Shown here one piece after another: positions 18,247-24,442 of a stretch of 64,000 nucleotides of DNA (position 1 is the stretch's first letter; every line of letters starts with the position of its first letter). A model generated the notes under the pieces. That model had not been told where the DNA came from. It did not search any database and worked only from the letters and a program-made list of their open reading frames with translations. This DNA is from a virus, in the IMG/VR virus record IMGVR_UViG_3300028392_000050, positions 23,294 to 87,293 of that record; one strand, written 5' to 3'. The translations under genes and the position numbers were made by a program.

Positions 18247-18321
18247 GCCAACTCAACAAATAGCCAACAGCCATACATCCGATCAGGATTAGTATGGCTG
18301 TTGGCTATTTGTTGAGTTGGC
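18247..18321. repeat. palindromic element 5
   Basis: GCCAACTCAACAAATAGCCAACAGCCATAC ... GTATGGCTGTTGGCTATTTGTTGAGTTGGC. Confidence 0.95.
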
Positions 18322-18323
18322 AT

Positions 18324-18362
18324 AAAAAAGCCCCAGAGCGAAAGGGGGGTCGCTCTGGGGCT
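18324..18362 (-). terminator. intrinsic terminator
   Basis: AAAAAAGCCCCAGAGCGA...TCGCTCTGGGGCT. Confidence 0.8.
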
Positions 18363-18389
18363 GTGGTTAGAGTAGGGAAATGAGAGAAC

Positions 18390-18644
18390 CTACTCTAAGT
18401 TTGTTTCGTTGTTTAGTATGTAAAGCACATACAAAGTTTCTGTTTTTTCTGTATGAACAAAAGTATACTTAGGAAACTTTCTGCGTAAATAAGTTATTTC
18501 GGTTCGCTTTACAGGGTTATTGTAAATAGCCCATTGGTTCGGGTGTTTTGTAAGTTCTGTTAGAAACGGCTCAATGTTTCTAATAGTGCTTCCTGCTCTG
18601 CCTTTTTTTGGAACTAGGCTTTCGTCAATAAACTTGATTTCCAT
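18390..18644 (-). CDS. hypothetical protein
   Basis: GAGGAGG RBS; TAATG overlap. Confidence 0.75.
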   Translation of the reverse strand: MEIKFIDESLVPKKGRAGSTIRNIEPFLTELTKHPNQWAIYNNPVKRTEITYLRRKFPKYTFVHTEKTETLYVLYILNNETNLE

Positions 18645-18838
18645 TAGTTTTCCTCCTCATTTTCGCCAAAGGCTTCTCTGGCTTCTTCCATTAGACCCAT
18701 AGCATCTCGTAACGCTTGGTCTAGGCTGGTGAAACCCTGTATCCTAATCGGCTCAATAGGTTCTAAGCCTTTGTAGTCGTTACAGGTTGGGCATACTGCT
18801 TGCTCGGTGTGTGTTCCGTCAAATACACAAACGCTCAT
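18644..18838 (-). CDS. small Cys/His protein
   Basis: C...H...CPTC; overlap packing. Confidence 0.75.
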   Translation of the reverse strand: MSVCVFDGTHTEQAVCPTCNDYKGLEPIEPIRIQGFTSLDQALRDAMGLMEEAREAFGENEEEN

Positions 18839-19116
18839 TAGTTCTCCTCATCCTCGATAATGGTGTTATTGGTGTTGTCTGGCTCGTCGTGAGGTTCGCC
18901 ACACTCATCACATTTTTCTTCACGACACTCAAAGCAAGAGCCGTCTAGGTCTAGTTCTCGTTCGCAACCTCCACAGACCTCTTCGAAGTCGATAGACTCG
19001 GTGCCAGAGTAGTAAGAGTTCAGGTCAGACAAAAACGCCTTCTCTGCCTCTTCTTGTGTGTTGCCTTCTACTACACCCTCGTATTCATAGAGGGCTTTGA
19101 TTTTGTAAAATGCCAT
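18838..19116 (-). CDS. acidic Cys-rich protein (start reassigned to MAFY)
   Basis: three CxxC motifs; conserved GAGAGAACCAA RBS. Confidence 0.75.
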   Translation of the reverse strand: MAFYKIKALYEYEGVVEGNTQEEAEKAFLSDLNSYYSGTESIDFEEVCGGCERELDLDGSCFECREEKCDECGEPHDEPDNTNNTIIEDEEN

Positions 19117-19166
19117 TTGGTTCTCTCTTTCGTTTCTCATTTATGTAGCCTTTTGACTACTCTCTA

Positions 19167-19232
19167 ATACTAGGGTATAGGGCACGCCCACAGGTAGCCG
19201 TCAGGTAAAAGCCAGATGAACAACAGATGAAC
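19167..19232 (-). promoter_or_regulatory. early promoter: TAGTAT -10 plus four phased 11-bp repeats
   Basis: units at 19193, 19204, 19215, 19226. Confidence 0.75.
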
Positions 19233-19240
19233 AGATCGCC

Positions 19241-19307
19241 CCAACTCAACAAACAACAGCCAGCCAGCTTTTATATAGCTTTGGCTGGCTGTTGTTTGTT
19301 GAGTTGG
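19241..19307. repeat. palindromic element 6
   Basis: CCAACTCAACAAACAACAGCCAGCCA ... TGGCTGGCTGTTGTTTGTTGAGTTGG. Confidence 0.95.
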
Positions 19308-19311
19308 CAAG

Positions 19312-19347
19312 AAAAAGCCCCCCTGCTCCTAGATTTAGCAGGGGGGC
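19312..19347 (-). terminator. intrinsic terminator
   Basis: AAAAAGCCCCCCTGCT...AGCAGGGGGGC. Confidence 0.8.
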
Positions 19348-19388
19348 GGTGTTGGCGAGGGGATGAATGGAAACCTCACCAAGTCTAT

Positions 19389-19757
19389 TTAGTCCTCGCC
19401 GAAGAACTCCTCGGCTGTGAGGGTGTGAGAGCGTTGAGTTTCTTTGATACGCTCCTGCTCATCACGCTCCTTAACTAACGCCTCAATTTCGGTGTAATAG
19501 TGTTCTTGGTAATAAATCCAGAGGTCAAGGTGCATTAGGGTATAAATGCTGTCTGGCAGAGTGTCGGTCATTTCATTAAACCTATTTAGATACTCAGTAG
19601 GTAATGAGCGCCACTCGTCTAGGATTTCACTGTGCCACACTGGCACGCCACTATCGGCGTATTCACCTGCCAAGTCTTGTGGATAAGTCTGCTCCAATAG
19701 GTATTCTTTATCAGCTAAGATTTCTGCCTTAAACTGCTCTGGTGTATAAAGTGCCAT
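19389..19757 (-). CDS. second Ocr-like DNA mimic (paralog of 17060-17410)
   Basis: MALYT...YPQDLAGEYADSGVPVW...DLWIYY aligns with MALWT...YPEDIAHEYADGAVPVY...DLYAFY. Confidence 0.7.
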   Translation of the reverse strand: MALYTPEQFKAEILADKEYLLEQTYPQDLAGEYADSGVPVWHSEILDEWRSLPTEYLNRFNEMTDTLPDSIYTLMHLDLWIYYQEHYYTEIEALVKERDEQERIKETQRSHTLTAEEFFGED

Positions 19758-19805
19758 TTTGTAGTTCTCTTTCTCTCAATTTGTAGCCCCTTTGACTACT
19801 CTCTA

Positions 19806-19872
19806 ACTCTACACCCCTAGGGGGACTTACTAGGTAGCGACGAGGTGAATGTCAAATGAACAGCAAGTGAAC
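19806..19872 (-). promoter_or_regulatory. early promoter: TAGAGT -10 plus four phased 11-bp repeats
   Basis: units at 19833, 19844, 19855, 19866. Confidence 0.75.
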
Positions 19873-19880
19873 AGATCGCT

Positions 19881-19950
19881 CCAACTCAACAAAGCCACAA
19901 AGCCATACACCGATCTAGGTAAGTATGGCTTTGTGGCTTTGTTGAGTTGG
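19881..19950. repeat. palindromic element 7
   Basis: CCAACTCAA(CAAAGCCA)2TAC ... GTA(TGGCTTTG)2TTGAGTTGG. Confidence 0.95.
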
Positions 19951-19956
19951 CATAAG

Positions 19957-19987
19957 AAAACTCCCCTGCCAGTTTCGGCAGGGGAGT
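19957..19987 (-). terminator. intrinsic terminator
   Basis: AAAACTCCCCTGCC...GGCAGGGGAGT. Confidence 0.8.
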
Positions 19988-20007
19988 CCTTTTCTTGAGA
20001 GAGAAAC

Positions 20008-20586
20008 TTATCCCTCGACCTCGAGCAATACCTCGAAGCCGTATGCGTCTTTTATCCAATCAGCGTTTAGCGTGAATAACTTTTCTACAACCTCAGAATA
20101 ACCGAAATCTTCATCAGTAATCCACTCAGTTCTAGTTTCGCCGTCATTGGCAGTAAATACCTTAGCGTATTCTACGCTAACCCGATAAACCTCACCAGCG
20201 AACCTAGCGTCAAAATCCTCAGCGACAGACTCTAATCCCTTAGCATTCCATTCCTTTCTCAAGTCATAGATAACCATTGTGTGCCATTCGCCTTGACTAA
20301 ATCCCTTTAGTCCATAGATAAGGAACGGAATACCCTCGCCTGTGAAGTAATCGCTAACGGCGTCCTCAATTAGAGTGCCGTCCGAAACAATTTCCTCAAT
20401 TTCAGTCTTGGCGTCATCATCAGTGGAATAACGGGTGAAGTTGTTTGGAGCGTGGAGTGTCTGAACGCCTAAGCCAATATTGCGAGCAACCTGATCGATA
20501 GTGTCATAGTCCTCTTCATAATCAGCAACAACTCTCACGCTTGGGCTAATTTGGAATACTTGTTCTCTTTTTGTTTCTACTAACAT
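20008..20586 (-). CDS. acidic hypothetical early protein
   Basis: 192 aa; KGFSQGEW and GEVY motifs. Confidence 0.8.
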   Translation of the reverse strand: MLVETKREQVFQISPSVRVVADYEEDYDTIDQVARNIGLGVQTLHAPNNFTRYSTDDDAKTEIEEIVSDGTLIEDAVSDYFTGEGIPFLIYGLKGFSQGEWHTMVIYDLRKEWNAKGLESVAEDFDARFAGEVYRVSVEYAKVFTANDGETRTEWITDEDFGYSEVVEKLFTLNADWIKDAYGFEVLLEVEG

Positions 20587-20637
20587 AATTACTACTCTCT
20601 CTTGTGAGCAAGTCCTCTGTGCCTTGCTTCACTTACT

Positions 20638-20702
20638 ACAATACACCACGCCAAGCGTGTTAGCTAAACGCTAGGTTGATGTTAGGTGAACACTAGGTGA
20701 AT
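20638..20702 (-). promoter_or_regulatory. early promoter with four phased 11-bp repeats
   Basis: units at 20663, 20674, 20685, 20696; candidate -10 TATTGT. Confidence 0.7.
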
Positions 20703-20708
20703 AAGCCT

Positions 20709-20783
20709 GCCAACTCAACAAATTAGCTAATTAGCCGATCTAAGGTTACACCGGCGGCTAATTAGCTAATTTGTTGAGTTGGC
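20709..20783. repeat. palindromic element 8
   Basis: GCCAACTCAACAAATTAGCTAATTAGCCG ... CGGCTAATTAGCTAATTTGTTGAGTTGGC. Confidence 0.95.
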
Positions 20784-20788
20784 GCAAA

Positions 20789-20824
20789 GTTCACCCACTG
20801 TTCATCTCTGAACAGCAGGTGAAC
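20789..20824. promoter_or_regulatory. inverted pair of PHO-box-like doublets in the usual terminator position
   Basis: GTTCACC-cact-GTTCATC ... TGAAC-agca-GGTGAAC. Confidence 0.6.
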
Positions 20825-20836
20825 TCTGGCTGAACT

Positions 20837-21130
20837 TTAGTCCTCTGCTGGCACGCCGTTCTGGTAGTCCTCAATGCTGTCGTAAGATACGCCCTCAACT
20901 CTAATTGCCCCGTGGCTGTGGATGAGGTAATCAGTTTCACTTGACATCATAAGAACTTGCTGGAGGTTAGCAATTAGAGTTCTAGCCGCTTCACGGGTAA
21001 TCTCAACCTGAACTGCTGACGGCTGAACTAGCCCGTCCTCTAGGTGATAGAGGTTGCGAATGGTTAGGCTAATGTCAGCGTTTCCAGTGTGTCTGCTATC
21101 ATTTAGCAGGATGTTAGTTTCTACTCTCAC
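20837..21130 (-). CDS. hypothetical early protein
   Basis: GTG start after AGAAAGAGAACCAA RBS. Confidence 0.75.
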   Translation of the reverse strand: MRVETNILLNDSRHTGNADISLTIRNLYHLEDGLVQPSAVQVEITREAARTLIANLQQVLMMSSETDYLIHSHGAIRVEGVSYDSIEDYQNGVPAED

Positions 21131-21180
21131 TTGGTTCTCTTTCTATTTTGGGCAAACTCTCTTGGTTTGCCTCACTTACT

Positions 21181-21270
21181 AACTTACAGGATTACACCTA
21201 AACAATAGGTATTAGTTTGATGAACGGCAGATGAATTAAGAATTAACCTGCTGTTAACCTAGGGTTCACC
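21181..21270. promoter_or_regulatory. early promoter (TAAGTT -10) with 11-bp repeats in both orientations
   Basis: units at 21197, 21208, 21219, 21230; opposite-strand ATTAACC/GTTAACC/GTTCACC at 21242-21270. Confidence 0.7.
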
Positions 21271-21277
21271 CCCCGTT

Positions 21278-21340
21278 CAACTCAACAAAATAGCTGGCAA
21301 CAAACAACGTTGCCTAGCTATTTTAAATTGTTGAGTTGGC
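21278..21340. repeat. palindromic element 9 (bulged)
   Basis: CAACTCAACAAAATAGCTGGCAAC ... GTTGCCTAGCTATTTTAAATTGTTGAGTTGGC. Confidence 0.88.
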
Positions 21341-21344
21341 GGCT

Positions 21345-21373
21345 GTTCACCAAAAGTTCATCTAATGTTAACT
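21345..21373 (+). promoter_or_regulatory. three PHO-box-like 11-bp repeats
   Basis: GTTCACC-aaaa-GTTCATC-taat-GTTAACT. Confidence 0.65.
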
Positions 21374-21416
21374 TTCCCCGAAGGGAGGAGGGCTGGTTTC
21401 CCAGCCCTCCTGTTTG

Positions 21417-21776
21417 CTAAGCTTCTAGCCCTGCGATTACCTGTTCTTTGGTATCTGTTGGTTCTACCCCTGGCTTGCTGTAATCAGCAAGTAGGCAATC
21501 CTCATCACAGATAACTCTAACCTGTGCCCTGCTCCACAGCCCTTGGTGAGTATTACACCACCAATCAAATCCGTCTGCCTTGTCGCCTGTAAAGTAATCG
21601 CTTAGGTTTCTGTCCAAGGCTGGTATCCAAATTTCTGGGAATTTCCAAGGCTTTTCCAAGGCATAAGTATCAAACTTTAAACCTCGTGCCTTGTAAGCGT
21701 TTAGAATTGAGCCGATTAGGTTGAGTAGTTCTAATGAACCTAGTTCATCAATTCTTTCTAGATAACTTTTTTCCAT
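21417..21776 (-). CDS. hypothetical early protein
   Basis: AAGGA RBS. Confidence 0.75.
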   Translation of the reverse strand: MEKSYLERIDELGSLELLNLIGSILNAYKARGLKFDTYALEKPWKFPEIWIPALDRNLSDYFTGDKADGFDWWCNTHQGLWSRAQVRVICDEDCLLADYSKPGVEPTDTKEQVIAGLEA

Positions 21777-21836
21777 TTGTTTGTCCTTCTTGTTTGGAGG
21801 TTTGGGGGAGGTTGCCCTCCCCCGTCGCCTGTTTGA

Positions 21837-22103
21837 TTAGTTAGTTCTAGTGGTTAGGGAAATTGGAAATTGTGAGTAAGTTCCCTCAGTACAATAGGTT
21901 AGTTTTCCCCAAGGTGTGTGGATAGAGTAGTTGTATCCCTCGCAGTTAGGCTCGTGGTTCTTGTCGCAGTTTGTCTCCAAGTCAATTTTTACGGGTTCTA
22001 CAAACTCAATGTGGTTATTTTCCCAAATTGCCATTACATAGCCATACCATAGTTCATTTTCTGGTCCAGAGGTAATGTGTTGTTCGGTAATTCTAATTTC
22101 CAT
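21837..22103 (-). CDS. hypothetical early protein
   Basis: GAGAGAACCAAA RBS. Confidence 0.75.
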   Translation of the reverse strand: MEIRITEQHITSGPENELWYGYVMAIWENNHIEFVEPVKIDLETNCDKNHEPNCEGYNYSIHTPWGKLTYCTEGTYSQFPISLTTRTN

Positions 22104-22154
22104 TTTGGTTCTCTCTCTAATCTGGAGAGGTTCTCTTGCCCTCTCTCAATTACT

Positions 22155-22232
22155 ACATTACAGGATACTTATTTGGATCTATACCAATTCAGATGAACGT
22201 CAGGTAAATTAATTGTTCACCTAATGTTCACC
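22155..22232. promoter_or_regulatory. early promoter (TAATGT -10) with 11-bp repeats in both orientations
   Basis: GATGAAC 22192, GGTAAAT 22203; GTTCACC 22215 and 22226. Confidence 0.7.
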
Positions 22233-22241
22233 TAACCCCCC

Positions 22242-22330
22242 GCCAACTCAACAATTTATGGCAACGAAGTTGCCTATAAATTGTCAAAAAAGCCTGTTAG
22301 CTATGCTACAGGCTTTTTTGTTGAGTTGGC
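22242..22330. repeat. palindromic element 10 (branched, two inner hairpins)
   Basis: conserved arms enclose ACAATTTATGGCAAC/GTTGCCTATAAATTGT and CAAAAAAGCCTGT/ACAGGCTTTTTTG. Confidence 0.9.
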
Positions 22331-22375
22331 AAGGCTTAGCCAGCCGGGGTCTCCGGCTGGCTTGCCTAATCCCTC

Positions 22376-22705
22376 CTAGTGTCCTGACTTGTAGAGTTCT
22401 AGATACTGCTCAATGGCTTGGAGCAAAGCGTTGTGGTTGCCCTCGTAGCGTTCCACTAGATACGCAAAACGCTTAGCCCAAAGTTTGCGGCGTTCGTCTT
22501 GGATGTAGTAAACGGCAGCTGAATAGCCCTGCTCCTCTAGAGTGTGGTAGCCGACATCTTCGCAAGTCCAGCAAGCGTTTTCCATGTCGTAGCCAGCAGT
22601 GAACTTGCCGTGGCAGCAAGAGCCTTGGGCGATACGCTCACGCAAGTATGCGATTTGAGCGTTCTTGACGGCAATGGCTTCACGGGCGATTTGTGCGTTT
22701 AGCAT
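22376..22705 (-). CDS. hypothetical early protein
   Basis: GAGAGAACCAA RBS; CCH...CWTC. Confidence 0.75.
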   Translation of the reverse strand: MLNAQIAREAIAVKNAQIAYLRERIAQGSCCHGKFTAGYDMENACWTCEDVGYHTLEEQGYSAAVYYIQDERRKLWAKRFAYLVERYEGNHNALLQAIEQYLELYKSGH

Positions 22706-22749
22706 TTGGTTCTCTCTACACCCACGCCCCTTGCGTGGTGTGTCCTCTC

Positions 22750-22838
22750 AGTCTAGCAACCTAGAAATAGATCACCCTCTCTCTAAGATGAACACTTGGC
22801 AAACAACTTAGATCATTTTTATTCATCTAATGTTCACC
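22750..22838. promoter_or_regulatory. early promoter (TAGACT -10) with 11-bp repeats
   Basis: GATGAAC 22787, GGCAAAC 22798; ATTCATC 22821, GTTCACC 22832. Confidence 0.7.
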
Positions 22839-22845
22839 TAGGGGC

Positions 22846-22940
22846 CCAACTCAACAAAGGCTATTGACAGCAAAGCTGCCTAATAGCCTTATAATACCTA
22901 GGCTATGTATATCATAGCCAGGTATTATTGTTGAGTTGGC
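22846..22940. repeat. palindromic element 11 (branched, two inner hairpins)
   Basis: arms enclose AAGGCTATT/AATAGCCTT and ATAATACCT-GGCTATG/CATAGCC-AGGTATTAT. Confidence 0.9.
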
Positions 22941-23009
22941 GAGGGTCTCCTCTGCTCCCCGAGAACGCCAAGACCAGCCCCCATCGCTGGGGGCTGGCTG
23001 GCTGATTAC

Positions 23010-23255
23010 TTACATAACTTTGTGTCCGCAATCACACTTTTCATCGTGGTCGCCACCCAGTGAGCCTTCTGGCAAGCCTAGACTACGCTCCAACAAGTCT
23101 AGCCCAGTCCAGAAGGACTCACGCCATCCTGGGCTGTCATCCCAGTCCTGTTGGTGATAGTAGTCTAGAGCATACTCTATCTCGTTCACTAACTGATTAG
23201 CGGTTTTTGTAATTGGCTGGTCGGATAGGGTTGCCCAGATTTGTTCTTTTATCAT
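23010..23255 (-). CDS. hypothetical early protein
   Basis: AAGGA RBS; ATGA overlap. Confidence 0.7.
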   Translation of the reverse strand: MIKEQIWATLSDQPITKTANQLVNEIEYALDYYHQQDWDDSPGWRESFWTGLDLLERSLGLPEGSLGGDHDEKCDCGHKVM

Positions 23256-23356
23256 TTTGTGTCCTTATCTATTAGGTGATCTTGTGTGTATTGGTAAAGC
23301 CTGCCTAGTAAAAATGATACTACTAAGCCTAGTACTACAAGCCAGTGTGTTGGCAT
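23252..23356 (-). CDS. 34-aa membrane peptide (not in ORF track)
   Basis: MPTHWLVVLGLVVSFLLG...; AAAGGA RBS. Confidence 0.65.
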   Translation of the reverse strand: MPTHWLVVLGLVVSFLLGRLYQYTQDHLIDKDTK

Positions 23357-23415
23357 TTGTTTGTCCTTTGTTTAGGGGTTCAGGGGGGGATTGCTCCCCC
23401 CCGTCGCCTGTTTGT

Positions 23416-23610
23416 TTATTCTGCTGGTTCTACTTTAGCCAAGGTGATTAGTACTGTGATTAGTTCTTGGCGTTCTGCTGGTGTTAGTTCCAATGCGATT
23501 TCCACAACTGTACCAGAGCCGTTAGCCCCGAGAGTGTGAACTAGCAGGTTGAACATTCCCTTGTCGCCGAAGGTGAAACCCCCGAAGGTATAACGCTTTA
23601 CATTTTCCAT
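23416..23610 (-). CDS. first gene of the leftward early region (start reassigned to MENV)
   Basis: AAAGGGG RBS; follows the largest repeat array. Confidence 0.7.
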   Translation of the reverse strand: MENVKRYTFGGFTFGDKGMFNLLVHTLGANGSGTVVEIALELTPAERQELITVLITLAKVEPAE

Positions 23611-23655
23611 TTTGTTGCCCCTTTGTTTTGTGTGAGCCTTGTTGCTCACAAATAC

Positions 23656-23777
23656 AGACTAAGGCTCTTAGGTAAACAAACAATGCTAGTTAGGTGAACG
23701 TCAGGTGAACAATTCCAAGATCGTTAGGTTAACAGCAGGTGAACAGGGGGGGTAGGTTAGGTGAACGCCAGGTAAAC
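23656..23777 (-). promoter_or_regulatory. early promoter (TAGTCT -10) with the largest PHO-box-like array
   Basis: GGTGAAC/GGTAAAC/GGTTAAC units at 23671, 23693, 23704, 23727, 23738, 23760, 23771 (spacings 22, 11, 23, 11, 22, 11). Confidence 0.8.
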
Positions 23778-23868
23778 AGGCCGGCAGGACGCAGATACGA
23801 TTGACGACCCAAAAAAGTTAGGCAGTAGCCTAACTTCGTGCCCAAAGGGCGGGGGGAGGCGGCGCAGC

Positions 23869-23907
23869 CGTTACGGCTTCGTTACCAAATCGTTACTAAA
23901 TCGTTAT
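23869..23907 (+). promoter_or_regulatory. four CGTTAY direct repeats at 11-bp period (MtrA/GlnR-type box)
   Basis: CGTTAC 23869, 23880, 23891; CGTTAT 23902. Confidence 0.6.
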
Positions 23908-24079
23908 AATTCAAATCACCACGTGCTATGCAAACTGTATTAAATATTTGATTATCTCTTTGTTTTAATAGGAATACCTATTTAGCAGTGCTAGCTGCGC
24001 CGCCCTATGCAAAAATTACCCTCTGGATATTCTCAGCAATTAATGCTATAATCACCCACTTATCATTTATACTAAAGTA

Positions 24080-24442
24080 ATGGCAAACATTTCTAATAAG
24101 CAAAGACGTAAGATAGCTAAATCACAAACTATTATGACTCAGCGGGGTTTTAAAGCTGATAAAGAGGCTATCCTAGGCAATCCTGACGGCCCTGTTAACC
24201 AAAAATACAATAAAATGTGGTCTAAAAAAACTAGGGCAACAGAAAATGAGTTTAACAACGCTGAGACTACTATGGGTAGAACCGGGCATTTTAGAGAAGG
24301 TCTAAACTTATTTAAAACTGCTCAAGCAAAATCAAACATTAGAACCGATGCGATGTTTAACCCTAAGTTTGAAAAAATGGCAGACAAGGCTTATAACCCT
24401 GGTCCTAAGTCAGGATTCCTAAGTAAGGCGAAGAATAAGTAA
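24080..24442 (+). CDS. basic hypothetical protein
   Basis: first rightward ORF. Confidence 0.7.
   Translation: MANISNKQRRKIAKSQTIMTQRGFKADKEAILGNPDGPVNQKYNKMWSKKTRATENEFNNAETTMGRTGHFREGLNLFKTAQAKSNIRTDAMFNPKFEKMADKAYNPGPKSGFLSKAKNK

Noticed and set aside
14061-22940. CRISPR array interpretation of the CCAACTCAACAA repeats
   Set aside because: Repeats are inverted pairs of 12-13 bp separated by whole genes, not direct repeats with constant-length spacers; no cas genes in the window
16034-22940. Integron attC cassette array
   Set aside because: No RYYYAAC/GTTRRRY ends in the attC arrangement, most stems lack extrahelical bases, genes have their own promoters, and no integrase is in the window; kept only as an analogy
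16034-22940. MITE/IS ends
   Set aside because: No target-site duplications or transposase seen; elements occupy a fixed functional position rather than random sites
8027-23539. + strand ORFs in the early region (e.g. 10497-11123, 12545-12787, 17382-17639, 19227-19478, 22258-22476) and the - strand ORFs 8027-8284 and 8601-8798
   Set aside because: Antisense or off-frame shadows of better-supported genes, or read-throughs of palindromes
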